Below the pieces are notes generated by a model. That model was not told the DNA's origin. It searched no databases and was given only the letters and a program-made list of their open reading frames with translations. From an uncultured delta proteobacterium (GTDB taxonomy: Bacteria; Desulfobacterota; Binatia; Binatales; Binataceae), in assembly GCA_963842215.1 (NCBI GenBank), contig CAWJFQ010000005.1:102344-166343 (forward strand): a stretch of DNA of 64,000 nucleotides, written 5' to 3'. Shown here one piece after another: positions 11,796 to 21,795 of this stretch. Both the position numbers and the translations under genes were made by a program. Position 1 is the stretch's first letter, and every line of letters starts with the position of its first letter.

Positions 11796-12575
11796 CTACG
11801 ACAGATCTACTGGCAGATCCAGGTAGTTCTTGAAGATGAAGTCGCGATGCTCAATCAGGATCGGCTTGGTCGCGGCGACTATTGTTGGTTCGGTCGTCGT
11901 GAACATCTCGCGAATCATCTCGGGCATCGGGCATAGCTCCGGCGCCAGCGGTTTCATCGCATTCGAGAAAGCAGCCCAGTAGACGTCCATCGCCGAAAGT
12001 GAATCGCCGATGAAGAATCGGCTGCCTCGAGTCTTCTGCTGTTCGAGCTGTTCCGCGAGCGCGATCAGGCCGGCAGCGACTCGCTGCGTTGCGCGCTCGC
12101 CCACTTCCGGCGTGTAGCCGTATTTCTTTCCCAGGTATGTCGACACGCCTGCCGGATCGCCGCCGGGCTTCGTTACCTGCTCATGCACTCCGCGGATTCG
12201 CTCGCTCCATCCGATGCCGTTCTCGCCACATAGCTCGTTGCAGTAGCCGAACATCAGGATGCGATCCTCGAGGCGCTCCGGGATAAGGCGCGGTGTCGGC
12301 GCCAGTCGCTCGGCCAGGTACAACTGATCGATCCACGTGGTGCGCGGACGTTCGTCGTTCCAGGCCATGACGGGAAAACTGTCCTGTGCGGTCCACTCCT
12401 GCAGCGTTTGGGTCGACGATCCGAAAATGTGGCCGACGCGCGCGTGCGGCAATTGCTTGATATGCAGGATGCCCTTCAGCGCCTCGCCCCACGGACTGGG
12501 AACCATCGCCAGCGTTACGATTCGAAGTCCGCCAGCGCGCCGCGCCTGCTCGATATCGATTCTTTCTGCTTTCAA
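11796..12575 (-). CDS. Glutathione S-transferase-like protein
   Basis: 259-aa ORF starting 4 nt after the ahcY stop. It has a thioredoxin-like N-half and a helical C-half (RFFIGDSLSAMDVYWAAF) reminiscent of GSTs. The family call is tentative. Confidence 0.45.
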   Translation of the reverse strand: MKAERIDIEQARRAGGLRIVTLAMVPSPWGEALKGILHIKQLPHARVGHIFGSSTQTLQEWTAQDSFPVMAWNDERPRTTWIDQLYLAERLAPTPRLIPERLEDRILMFGYCNELCGENGIGWSERIRGVHEQVTKPGGDPAGVSTYLGKKYGYTPEVGERATQRVAAGLIALAEQLEQQKTRGSRFFIGDSLSAMDVYWAAFSNAMKPLAPELCPMPEMIREMFTTTEPTIVAATKPILIEHRDFIFKNYLDLPVDLS

Positions 12576-12579
12576 CCGC

Positions 12580-13905
12580 CTAAGTGCCCGATTCCCAGCT
12601 CGCCAGGTATTTTCGCTGCTCGGCCGTGAGCGTGTCGATCTTGAGGCTCATCGCAGCGAGCTTTACGCCAGCGATTTCCTCTTCAATCTCTACCGGCACT
12701 TCATGCACCTTGACCGACAACTGCGCGCCCTTCGCAACCCACTCCGATGCCATCGCCTGAGTCGCGAAACTCATGTCCATCACCTGCGCTGGGTGGCCTT
12801 CCGCGCACGCCAGGTTTACCAACCGTCCCTCTCCGAGCAGATAGACGATGCGCCCGTTGGACAAATGATAGGCGTCGATGTTGCGCGTGACGTCGCGATC
12901 GACTTTTTTCGCCGCATCGTTCAGGTAGGCCACGTCGATCTCGATATCGAAATGGCCCGAGTTGCTGAGGAACGCGCCGTCCTTCATCTGGGTGAAGTGC
13001 GCCGAGGTGAGAACGTGCTTGTCGCCGGTCGCAGTGATGAAAATATCGCCGACCTTCGCCGCCTCGACCATTTTCATCACGCGGAAGCCGTCCATCGCGG
13101 CTTCGAGCGCGCGAATCGGGTTGACTTCCGTGACGATCACGTCGGCGCCGAGGCCGCGCGCGCGTGACGCGATGCCGCGGCCGCAATAGCCGTAACCCGC
13201 GACCACCACGACCGAGCCCGCAATCAGTACGCCGGTGGCGCGGATGATCCCGTCGAGCGTAGATTGTCCCGTGCCGTAGCGGTTATCGAATAAGTGCTTG
13301 GTCTGCGCGTCGTTGACCGCAACCACCGGAATCTTGAGCGCGCCGTCTTTCGCCATCGCCCGCAGCCGGATCACGCCGGTCGTCGTTTCCTCCATGCTCG
13401 CCTTCACGTCGTCAGCCTGGTTGGCGTACTCGGTGTGAAGCAGGCTCACGAGGTCGGCGCCATCGTCCATCGTGATCGTCGGACGCCGCTCGAGCACCGC
13501 GCGCAAATGCGCGTAGTAGGTGTCGCGATCCTCGCCGTGGATAGCGTAAGTGGGAATCCCGTATTGATCGACCAGCGCCGCTGCGACGTCATCCTGCGTC
13601 GAGAGCGGATTCGACGCACACGCGAGCACTTCCGCGCCTCCCGCCTTCAACGTGCGCAGCAGGTTTGCGGTCTCGCAGGTGATATGCAGGCACGCGCCCA
13701 TGCGCTGGCCTTTGAGCGGCTGCTCTTTGGTGAATCGCTCGCGCAGGCGGCGCAGCACCGGCATTTGCTTATCGGCCCATTCAATTCGCTTGCGGCCGGC
13801 CTCTGCCAGTCCGAGATCATGCACGTCAAAATCGCGGCCGTTGCCGTTGCCGCGCGATTTGGGAATTGCTTTGAGCTTTCTTGCCGTCGTGGCCATCGTG
13901 TTCAA
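12580..13905 (-). CDS. ahcY: Adenosylhomocysteinase
   Basis: [25 protein letters not shown]-binding [10 protein letters not shown], and the C-terminal LTAEQRKYL tail. Confidence 0.95.
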   Translation of the reverse strand: MNTMATTARKLKAIPKSRGNGNGRDFDVHDLGLAEAGRKRIEWADKQMPVLRRLRERFTKEQPLKGQRMGACLHITCETANLLRTLKAGGAEVLACASNPLSTQDDVAAALVDQYGIPTYAIHGEDRDTYYAHLRAVLERRPTITMDDGADLVSLLHTEYANQADDVKASMEETTTGVIRLRAMAKDGALKIPVVAVNDAQTKHLFDNRYGTGQSTLDGIIRATGVLIAGSVVVVAGYGYCGRGIASRARGLGADVIVTEVNPIRALEAAMDGFRVMKMVEAAKVGDIFITATGDKHVLTSAHFTQMKDGAFLSNSGHFDIEIDVAYLNDAAKKVDRDVTRNIDAYHLSNGRIVYLLGEGRLVNLACAEGHPAQVMDMSFATQAMASEWVAKGAQLSVKVHEVPVEIEEEIAGVKLAAMSLKIDTLTAEQRKYLASWESGT

Positions 13906-13950
13906 ACTCCGCGAGGTTCTCTCTGTTTTGATGAAGTGAGCGGGGCGCTA

Positions 13951-15138
13951 TCAGCTTCGGCCATTGAGGCCGAAGGCGTTGCGCAGCGTCTCGGCCATGT
14001 CGATTCGCTCCCACGGGAACAGCCCGTCGATCGCGACCCGGCCGAAATGTCCGTAGGCTGCGGTCGGCTGATAAATCGGACGCTTCAAGTTGAGCGTCTT
14101 GATGATCCCCGCCGGGCGGAAATCGAACAGTTCGCGCAGCGTTGCCGAAAGCTTGTTTTCGGGCACGATGCCGGTGTCGAAAGTGTCGACCAGCAGCGAT
14201 ACCGGCTCTGCGACGCCGATCGCATATGCCACCTGGATTTCGCACTTGGTCGCGAGTCCTGCCGCGACGACATTCTTTGCCACGTGACGAGCCATGTAGC
14301 ACGCCGAGCGATCGACCTTGCTCGGATCCTTGCCCGAGAACGCGCCGCCGCCATGCCGCCCGTAGCCGCCGTAAGTGTCGACGATTATTTTGCGGCCGGT
14401 CAGTCCGCAGTCGCCATGCGGTCCGCCAATGATGAAGCTGCCAGTCGGATTGACGTGATAGATCGTCGATCGCGTCAGGTACTCTTCGGGAATCGTCTTC
14501 TTGATCAGCTCCTCGATGATCGACTCTCGGATTTTTTCGTATTTGACCTCGGGTGAATGCTGCGTCGAGATCACCACCGCCGTTACTTCGACCGGCCGGC
14601 TGTCGACGTAGCGTACCGTCACCTGGCTCTTCGCGTCGGGCCGCAAAAAGTCGAGCTGATTGCTCTTGCGGAGCTTGGTGAGATTTTCCATCAGCCGATG
14701 CGCCATCGCGATCGGCAGCGGCATCACCTCGGGCGTCTCGTCGCATGCGAACCCGAACATCAAGCCCTGGTCGCCTGCTCCCTGCTCCTTGTGTAGGCCC
14801 TCGCCTTCGGTCACGCCCTGAGAGATATCCGCGGACTGCGGCTCGATTGCGGTGAGCACCGCGCAGCTGTTTCCGTCGAAGCCGACCTCGGTGCTGTTGT
14901 AACCGATTTCGACCGCGGTCTGCCGCGCGATCTTCACATAGTCGGGACGCGCGCGGCTGGTTATTTCGCCTGCCAGCACGATAAGCCCTGTCTTGGCCAG
15001 CGACTCGAGTGCGACGCGTGAGTTGGGATCCTCGGCCAGCAGCGAGTCAAGCACGGCGTCAGAAATCTGATCGCACATTTTGTCCGGATGGCCTTCAGAG
15101 ACCGACTCGGATGTGAACAGGAAATCCTTAAGCGGCAT
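13951..15138 (-). CDS. metK: S-adenosylmethionine synthase
   Basis: [26 protein letters not shown], and [17 protein letters not shown]. Confidence 0.97.
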   Translation of the reverse strand: MPLKDFLFTSESVSEGHPDKMCDQISDAVLDSLLAEDPNSRVALESLAKTGLIVLAGEITSRARPDYVKIARQTAVEIGYNSTEVGFDGNSCAVLTAIEPQSADISQGVTEGEGLHKEQGAGDQGLMFGFACDETPEVMPLPIAMAHRLMENLTKLRKSNQLDFLRPDAKSQVTVRYVDSRPVEVTAVVISTQHSPEVKYEKIRESIIEELIKKTIPEEYLTRSTIYHVNPTGSFIIGGPHGDCGLTGRKIIVDTYGGYGRHGGGAFSGKDPSKVDRSACYMARHVAKNVVAAGLATKCEIQVAYAIGVAEPVSLLVDTFDTGIVPENKLSATLRELFDFRPAGIIKTLNLKRPIYQPTAAYGHFGRVAIDGLFPWERIDMAETLRNAFGLNGRS

Positions 15139-15319
15139 TATTCGCAGTTGCTCCTTGGAAGGCGCCTTGTCGGGCAGCCGGTCGCGGACCGGACTTCAAC
15201 TTGTGCGGATGGCGCGGGTGACTGAGAGGTTCAATTGAGTTCTGTTCCAGAAGGTCAGCATAGCGCCTGTCGGAGACTGAAAAAACCGCAGCACGCCTCA
15301 AGATTTTCAGGGTAATGAA

Positions 15320-15348
15320 GGTATAACTGACCAATCGGACAGAATCAA
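15320..15348 (-). promoter_or_regulatory. Candidate sigma-70-type promoter of the metK operon
   Basis: The minus strand reads TTGATT-17 nt-TATACC about 185 nt upstream of the metK ATG. Pattern match only. Confidence 0.3.
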
Positions 15349-15381
15349 GCCAAGAGCCGTCCTACCCAATCTCTACGCCCC

Positions 15382-15657
15382 TCACTCCTCGCCGAACTTC
15401 TCGTCGAACAACTCCTGCACTGCCTTCAGCGCCTCGCGCGCGTCCGCTCCCTCCGCCCGAACCTTCAGCTTCGATCCTTGCGCCGCGCCCAGCATCATCA
15501 GGCTCGTCATGCTCTTGGCGTTGACCAGTTCATCCTTGCCCGGACCAATCGTGATCTTTGAGGAGAATTTCGAGGCCGTCTGCGCCAGCGCCGATGCGGC
15601 TCGCAGATGAAGTCCGAGCCGGTTCTGAACCTCCACAGTCGCCTCCGCCACGTTCAC
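15382..15657 (-). CDS. ptsH: HPr/NPr phosphocarrier protein
   Basis: TVEVQNRLGLHLRAASALAQTASKF (active-site His) and KSMTSLMMLGAAQGSKLKV. ORF 15382..15768 trimmed to an internal GTG (15657; 15663 or 15651 are also possible) to give a ~90-aa HPr. Confidence 0.75.
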   Translation of the reverse strand: MNVAEATVEVQNRLGLHLRAASALAQTASKFSSKITIGPGKDELVNAKSMTSLMMLGAAQGSKLKVRAEGADAREALKAVQELFDEKFGEE

Positions 15658-15706
15658 GAGCACTACGATAAAGGTATCGACGGCTTTGGTAAACGACTGT
15701 GCGCGA

Positions 15707-17158
15707 TCAATCCGCCTCTGCGACTGTCTGCGGCGTGCGCGCAATTTCGACGCCGCGTTGGCGCCCACTCACTTCGTCACCAGCATGATATTCCAGCGGC
15801 AGGAAAAGCACCGACGACAGCAGCGCGAGAAATCCCATCACCAAAAACGCCGGCATGAAATCATGCGTCGACAGATGAGACGAGCCGCTCGCGCTCAGGC
15901 TCATATGCAGCAGCATCGCGCCGAGCGCCACGCCCAGGCTCAGGAACAGTTGCTGCGCCATGCTCGACAGAGTGCTCGCGCTGCTCATCATCGAGTTGGG
16001 CACGTCGGCATAAGCCAGGGTTCCAAGCGCTGTGAATTGTAGCGAGCGGAAGAATCCTCCCGACAGTAGTGCGAGCACGATGAAAAAGTGCGGCGTCGTC
16101 GGCCGGAACAGCGCGTAGCTCGCCATGATGAAGGCGCTGAGAATGCCGTTGGAAATCAGCACCGAGCGAAAACCCAGGCGTCGAATGATCGGTGTCGCCG
16201 TCGCCTTCATGAACAAGGCGCCAGCCGCGCTGGTGAACGTCAGCATGCCCGAAGCGAACGGCGAGAGGCCGAAAACCACTTGCAGCAGCATAGCCAGCAA
16301 AAACGGCAGCGCGCCGATGCCCATGCGAAAAAGTCCGCCGCCCAGCGTCGCCACCAGGAAGGTCGGGATTTTCATCAACCCCAGGTCGATGATCGGGTAA
16401 TCGATACGCCGCGCGTGCAGAATATACAGCGCCATGCAGATTCCGCCGGCCGCCATCACGCACATGATGATGCTCGCCGGTATTACGCCGCGCCCGATCG
16501 ACTCGAAGCCCGAAACCAGCCCTGCCAGTCCCAGCCCTGTAAGCAAAAAGCCGCGAAAGTCGAGCGGGAAGGTCTCCTCCTCGCGAATGTTCGGGATGTA
16601 CCAGGTGACCAGCATGATGCCGATGAATCCGATCGGCACGTTGATGAAAAAAATCCAGCGCCACGAATAATACGTCACGATAAATCCGCCGACCGGCGGC
16701 CCGACCACCGGCCCCAGCACCGCCGGCACCGTCAGGTACGACATCGCGGTGACCAGTTCGGACTTGGCTATTGTCTTGAGCACGATCAGACGGCCAACCG
16801 GGACCATCATCGCTCCGCCGAAGCCCTGTAAAATGCGCGCGGCCACCAGCTCCGGCAACGATTGCGACAGTCCGCAAAACACCGAACCGGTTGTGAAGAT
16901 TACGATCGCCGTGCGAAATACGGTGCGCGCGCCGAATCGATCGGCCATCCAGCCGCTAATTGGAATGAAAACCGCGAGGCTCAACAGGTAGGAAGTGATT
17001 GCGAGATTGAGCTTGATTGGATCTTCGCCGAGCGACTTCGCCATCGCCGGCAGCGCGGTCGAGATGACCGTCGCGTCCAGCATCTCCATGAACAGCGCGC
17101 ACCCGACGATCATCGGTGCCAGGAACTCGAGCGCGCGGCTGGAGGACGTCGAACTCAT
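15707..17158 (-). CDS. MFS transporter, DHA2 (EmrB/QacA-like, 14-TM) drug:H+ antiporter family
   Basis: 483 aa, about 14 hydrophobic segments. MFS motif A GWMADRFGARTVF and motif C-like region. Confidence 0.85.
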   Translation of the reverse strand: MSSTSSSRALEFLAPMIVGCALFMEMLDATVISTALPAMAKSLGEDPIKLNLAITSYLLSLAVFIPISGWMADRFGARTVFRTAIVIFTTGSVFCGLSQSLPELVAARILQGFGGAMMVPVGRLIVLKTIAKSELVTAMSYLTVPAVLGPVVGPPVGGFIVTYYSWRWIFFINVPIGFIGIMLVTWYIPNIREEETFPLDFRGFLLTGLGLAGLVSGFESIGRGVIPASIIMCVMAAGGICMALYILHARRIDYPIIDLGLMKIPTFLVATLGGGLFRMGIGALPFLLAMLLQVVFGLSPFASGMLTFTSAAGALFMKATATPIIRRLGFRSVLISNGILSAFIMASYALFRPTTPHFFIVLALLSGGFFRSLQFTALGTLAYADVPNSMMSSASTLSSMAQQLFLSLGVALGAMLLHMSLSASGSSHLSTHDFMPAFLVMGFLALLSSVLFLPLEYHAGDEVSGRQRGVEIARTPQTVAEAD

Positions 17159-17243
17159 CGCAGCAGATCAAGCATGCTCTTGCGAGGATATGGAAATCGG
17201 CGGAACCGGTAAACGCCGCGCTCGATGCAAACTGCAATGCGAG

Positions 17244-18284
17244 TCAGTTGCCATTGCGGACAGGCGCCGTGCGTACCGCCGCCGCTTCGGCCTTGAGGCC
17301 CGCGCTGAACAACTCGCGCAGCCGCGCTTCGACTTGCGCGTCGCGCGAGGTGCCCTCGCGCCGCAGCCAGGCGCGGATCGGGATGACCGCCTTGGACATG
17401 TTGCGATGCCCGCCGGCGCTGCCGATATCGGCGAACAGGTTCTTCACCATCTCGCCCGCGTTGTCTCCGCTCATGCCGTGATTGCGGACGCTTATCACCA
17501 GCTTGTTGCCGAGCTTGCCGGCGATTGCGACGCACTTCACGCCCTCGAACTGCAGGCAAAAGTCCGCCATCTGCACGATCAGGTCGTCGCGTTCGACGCG
17601 CCCGAGATTCAGCACCACCAGTCCATCCTTGACCACCAACCGTTTCATCGCGCGCGCCAGAATTTGTGCGAAGCTGATTGGCAGTTCGGGACGATCGATC
17701 TGCCGTAGCAGGCTGTAGTTGGCGAGCGGATACAGGTGCGTGAATGCTTGCAGGTCATCGTCGGTCACGCGGCGCGACAGCGCCAAGGTGTCGCTGCGTA
17801 TTCCGTAGAGCAACGCGGTCGCCAGCCGCTCGCTGATTTTTTCGTCGGCCGTGACCAGGTACTCGGTCATGATAGTCGCGGTCGCACCGTACTTGATGCG
17901 CACGTCCTCGAACTGCGCGGCGCCGCCGGGATAGCCCGGATGATGATCGATCGCGATGTCGGCGCGCGGGAGTTTCTCGCCAAAGAACGGCGGCTGAACA
18001 TCGACCATCGCAATCTTGTCGAACGCACGCAGGTCCTCGGTCGCCGCCGCCTGGATTTCGATTTCGAGCAGATGCTCCATCGTGCGATTTTCCGGCCGCG
18101 TGACCGGCTTGAACGCAAAGAACGGCGTGGTCTGCTTGTTGCGCCCGAGCAAAGTGCGCAGCGCCATCGCGCTCGCCATCGCGTCGGGATCGGGATCGTC
18201 CTGCAGCACGATCGCCACGCGATCGCCGTCGCCGACCATCGCGCGCAATTCCTTGATTTTCTGTTTAGTGAGAGCTTGATCCAT
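17244..18284 (-). CDS. DHH/DHHA1 family phosphoesterase (NrnA-like)
   Basis: Motifs DPDPDAMAS, IAIDHHPG (DHH) and the DHHA1-type SAGGHRNMSKA. Confidence 0.7.
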   Translation of the reverse strand: MDQALTKQKIKELRAMVGDGDRVAIVLQDDPDPDAMASAMALRTLLGRNKQTTPFFAFKPVTRPENRTMEHLLEIEIQAAATEDLRAFDKIAMVDVQPPFFGEKLPRADIAIDHHPGYPGGAAQFEDVRIKYGATATIMTEYLVTADEKISERLATALLYGIRSDTLALSRRVTDDDLQAFTHLYPLANYSLLRQIDRPELPISFAQILARAMKRLVVKDGLVVLNLGRVERDDLIVQMADFCLQFEGVKCVAIAGKLGNKLVISVRNHGMSGDNAGEMVKNLFADIGSAGGHRNMSKAVIPIRAWLRREGTSRDAQVEARLRELFSAGLKAEAAAVRTAPVRNGN

Positions 18285-18485
18285 AAGCTGAAGACTGCGG
18301 GCCCGCCTTAAGCGGCGACCTGCGAGTCGACGGTCTAATCGCGGTTAGCTCGAATAACGGGACCCGCGGTCCGAAATTGACGGCAGCGGTCCCAGTCCTG
18401 GCGAACTGTGGTGGAATTCATCGGGATGTCGGGGAAATATCACAGCGCAAAGAGCTGACGCAATGATATACAATTACCGCCAGTT

Positions 18486-18737
18486 ATGAACTCTCCCGAT
18501 TCACATCCTGGTAAATTTCACTGCGCAATCTGCCGCCGCGAATTCGCCGAGTGGTTGCTGCGCATTTCGGTCGAAGACACCGCCGGCTTTCGCCAGCAGG
18601 CCTTTATCTGCGGCAACTGCGCAGTTAAACTTCGGCTCGCCTCGGAGAAAAATCGCGATCTGCAGATCGATCCATGGATACACGAAGCGGTCGCCAACGT
18701 GCTGCGCGGCAAGAATCCCGACAAGCCGGAATACTAA
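18486..18737 (+). CDS. Small hypothetical protein with two CxxC pairs (zinc-ribbon-like)
   Basis: 83-aa ORF ending 19 nt before lysK. It contains CAIC...CGNC. There is no clear Shine-Dalgarno, so coding status is uncertain. Confidence 0.35.
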   Translation: MNSPDSHPGKFHCAICRREFAEWLLRISVEDTAGFRQQAFICGNCAVKLRLASEKNRDLQIDPWIHEAVANVLRGKNPDKPEY

Positions 18738-18756
18738 GCTAGGGTAAAAACATTCG

Positions 18757-20385
18757 ATGGCGAGCGCAGCGAAATCTGATTCGCAATCCGGCAACGCAGC
18801 CGGTGCGGAACTATGGCCCCGTGAAGAAGCTCGGCGGCTTGCAGAGCGCGTCGCCTCGTACGATCCCGATCGCCCGGTAATTTTTCAGAGTGGCTTTGGC
18901 CCGTCAGGCTTGCCTCACCTCGGCACCATGGCGGAGATTCTTCGCCCGTCGTTCGTGCGCAAGGCGTTCCATCTGATCGAACCCTCGCGGCCGTCACGGC
19001 TGATTGTTTTCATCGACGATCTTGACGGACTCCGCAAAGTGCCGGAGAACGTGCCCAACCGCGAGGCAACGCAGCAGTACCTGGGTATTCCGGTCTCTAA
19101 GATTCCCGACCCGTTCGGATGCTGCGCGAGCTTTGCCGATCATATGATCGGCCTGCTCGGTGGTTTCCTGGCGCCGGTCGAGGTCGAGTACGAGTTGGTG
19201 CGCGCGGCCGAGATGTACTCGTCGGGACGCTTCGACGAGGGCCTGAAGCTCATCCTCGAAAAGCACGCCGAGATCATCGCGATCATCGCGCCGACGCTGC
19301 GACCCGAAAATCGCGCCGGATGGTCGCCCTTCATGCCGATTTGCCCCAACTGCGGACAAGTCGTCGAGCGCGCAGTGACGGCCTATCACTCCGAGCGTGG
19401 AACCATCGAATTCACCTGCGAGAAGAGCGCCGGCGGCACCTCGGGATGCGGCTTTCGCGGCGAGCAATCGGTGCTCGGCGGCAAAGCGAAGGTGCAATGG
19501 AAGGTTGATTGGGCCTTGCGATGGTACGTGCTCAAAGTCGATTACGAACTGTACGGCAAGGACCTTACCGACTCGGCCCGGCTCTCGGGACAGATTCTCC
19601 GCGTGATGGGCGCGCAGCCCCCGCTGGGATTTCCATTCGAGATGTTTCTCGACGAGGAAGGCCACAAGGTCTCGAAGTCGGTCGGGCGCGGCGTGACGGT
19701 TGACCAGTGGACGCGCTACGCGCCCATCGAAGTGCTCAAGTTTTTCCTGCTGCTCAATCCGCGCCGCGCACGCAAGCTGTTTCTCGAAGCGATACCGCAG
19801 TACGTCGACGAATACCTCGACGCGTTGCGCGAATACGCGGCCGCATCCGAACAGCAGCGTCGCGAATCGGTGCTCGAGTTCGTCATTCAGAGCACGACCC
19901 CGACGCGATTCAACTCCGCTCTCACCTTCGGTCTGATGATGAACCTGGTCGCCGCGCTGGGCAGCTCGGATCGAGATTTCCTCTGGAAATACTTGGTCCG
20001 TTACGACGCGTCGATCGCAGGCGATGCGGAAACGGAGAAAATGGGCCGTGCGCTGATGGAATGCGCGCTGAATTTCTACCGCGATTTCATCGAACCGACC
20101 AAAAAGCTCTATACGCCGTCAGACGCGGACCGCGCGCAATTGAAGGTTCTTGCTGCGTACCTGCGCGAAAATCAGGACGCAAGCGCCGAAGAGATCGAAA
20201 AGAAGATCTACGATCTCGGCCGCGAGAACTACGACAAGCCCGGCAAGATTTTTCCGCTGCTCTATCGATCGATTCTCGGCCAGGAACGCGGCCCGCGCCT
20301 CGGCGCATTCATCCGGCTCGCCACCCCAGCGAAAATCGTCGAGCTACTCGACGCAACCCTCGCGCGCACCACCTGGACGCACTGA
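18757..20385 (+). CDS. lysK: Lysine--tRNA ligase, class I
   Basis: ~540 aa with a HIGH-type motif (GLPHLGT) and a KMSKS-type motif (KVSKS). The N-terminus VIFQSGFGPSGLPHLGTMAEILR fits class I rather than class II LysRS. Confidence 0.85.
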   Translation: MASAAKSDSQSGNAAGAELWPREEARRLAERVASYDPDRPVIFQSGFGPSGLPHLGTMAEILRPSFVRKAFHLIEPSRPSRLIVFIDDLDGLRKVPENVPNREATQQYLGIPVSKIPDPFGCCASFADHMIGLLGGFLAPVEVEYELVRAAEMYSSGRFDEGLKLILEKHAEIIAIIAPTLRPENRAGWSPFMPICPNCGQVVERAVTAYHSERGTIEFTCEKSAGGTSGCGFRGEQSVLGGKAKVQWKVDWALRWYVLKVDYELYGKDLTDSARLSGQILRVMGAQPPLGFPFEMFLDEEGHKVSKSVGRGVTVDQWTRYAPIEVLKFFLLLNPRRARKLFLEAIPQYVDEYLDALREYAAASEQQRRESVLEFVIQSTTPTRFNSALTFGLMMNLVAALGSSDRDFLWKYLVRYDASIAGDAETEKMGRALMECALNFYRDFIEPTKKLYTPSDADRAQLKVLAAYLRENQDASAEEIEKKIYDLGRENYDKPGKIFPLLYRSILGQERGPRLGAFIRLATPAKIVELLDATLARTTWTH

Positions 20386-20405
20386 GCAAAAATCCAGGTT
20401 CTGTC

Positions 20406-20557
20406 TCCTCTCCCTGTAAAGAGAGCTGTGCGTAACTGCTTCGCGTCCCCTCCGTCCCCTCTCCCTGCAAGGGAGAGGAAGGGTGAGGGTCCTATTACAG
20501 CGCCCTGCGCGATTCAGGATTCTGCCTTGCCTGAAGTATTCGGACGTTACGCACAGC
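20406..20557 (-). repeat. Interspersed repeat family 1, copy A (GAATCCTGAATCGCGCAGGGCGCT arm + CCTCTCCCTnnnAGGGAGAGG hairpin)
   Basis: Reverse-complement match to copies at 25073-25187, 25226-25433 and 31739-31848. A 12-bp inverted repeat, GCTGTGCGTAAC (20425-20436) / GTTACGCACAGC (20546-20557), brackets the core. Confidence 0.8.
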
Positions 20558-20562
20558 AAAGC

Positions 20563-21717
20563 CTAGACAAACTCAGCGAACACCGAGTCTGCCATCTCAA
20601 GACCGCGGTCCGTCAACTTTATTCGGCCGCGGTCGAGCGTCAGCAGACCGTTGTTGAACAAAGGTGTTGCGACGGCGCCGAAGATGCATTCGAAGTTGCG
20701 GCCGAACCGCTCGTGAAAATCTGCCAGGGCGAAGCCCTCGCGCAATCGCAGATTCAGAAACACAAATTCGCTTTGGGCAGTGGCTTCGTCGATCGTCTCG
20801 GCACCGGCCTCCGCGTTCGCGCGTTCCTCGATTGCGGCGATATAACGCGCAGGGAGTTTTTCGTTCCACCATCGCCTTCGTTGGCCGCCGCGAGCGTCGT
20901 TCGCACAGCTGTGAGCGCCCGCGCCGATTCCAAGATAGGTCTCGCCGCGCCAGTAGGTCAGATTGTGGCGCGCTTCATGGCCGGGTGCCGCGTAGTTCGA
21001 AATTTCATACATGGCGTAGCCACGCCGCGGAATCTCTTCGCGCACCGTTTGATACATCGCGGCCTGCTCGTCATTCGCAAGCTGCTTGATCCGTCCGCGC
21101 TTCAAGTCGGTGAAAAAGGCGGTGCCCTCTTCGAAAGTCAGGTTGTAGGCCGAGATGTGATCCGGCTCGAGCGCCGCCACCGACTCGATATCGAACACGA
21201 CATCGGCGAGCGTCTGTCCCGGAACGGCAAAGATCAAATCGAGATTGAGCCGATCGAAGCCGGCCCGATGCGCTATTCGCGCGGCCGTGCGGGTTTCGTC
21301 CGCGCTATGAATGCGGCCGAGAAATTTTAGCGTAGCCGGGTTGAATGACTGCGCGCCGAAGCTGATTCGATTTATGCCGGCCGCGCGCATCCCGGCGAGT
21401 TTCGCCAGATCGACGGTGCCAGGATTCGCTTCCAGCGTTATCTCGGCGTCGTGCTCGATACCGCAAAAGCGATTCGCCGCGTCTATTACCTGGCCGATGG
21501 ATTTTGGATCAAAGAGCGACGGCGTACCGCCCCCAAAAAAGATCGTCTTGAGGCGCTGGCCCAGGTACGACGCGGTGCTAGACCTCGATTCCAGCTCCGA
21601 AATCAACGCGCGCGTGTACTGCTGTTCCGGCCACGACGATGCCGCGTGCGAGTTGAAGTCGCAGTACGGGCACTTCGATTGGCACCACGGAATATGAACG
21701 TAAAGCGAAAAGCTCAC
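20563..21717 (-). CDS. hemW: Radical SAM heme chaperone HemW (HemN-like, oxygen-independent coproporphyrinogen oxidase family)
   Basis: N-terminal radical-SAM motif HIPWCQSKCPYCDFNS and a HemN_C-like C-terminus. The 384-aa size fits HemW. Confidence 0.85.
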   Translation of the reverse strand: MSFSLYVHIPWCQSKCPYCDFNSHAASSWPEQQYTRALISELESRSSTASYLGQRLKTIFFGGGTPSLFDPKSIGQVIDAANRFCGIEHDAEITLEANPGTVDLAKLAGMRAAGINRISFGAQSFNPATLKFLGRIHSADETRTAARIAHRAGFDRLNLDLIFAVPGQTLADVVFDIESVAALEPDHISAYNLTFEEGTAFFTDLKRGRIKQLANDEQAAMYQTVREEIPRRGYAMYEISNYAAPGHEARHNLTYWRGETYLGIGAGAHSCANDARGGQRRRWWNEKLPARYIAAIEERANAEAGAETIDEATAQSEFVFLNLRLREGFALADFHERFGRNFECIFGAVATPLFNNGLLTLDRGRIKLTDRGLEMADSVFAEFV

Positions 21718-21795
21718 CCGAAGATTGTAGCGCGCCTTCGACGCCCGCTACTACGCGCCCGGCACGGTCGGTATACTGCCTGCGTCAGAGGGAAC

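Noticed and set aside
13294-14556. 420-aa plus-strand ORF spanning ahcY and metK
   Set aside because: It is antisense to two unmistakable housekeeping genes and crosses their intergenic gap. The Arg/Ala-rich composition is typical of a GC-driven artefact.
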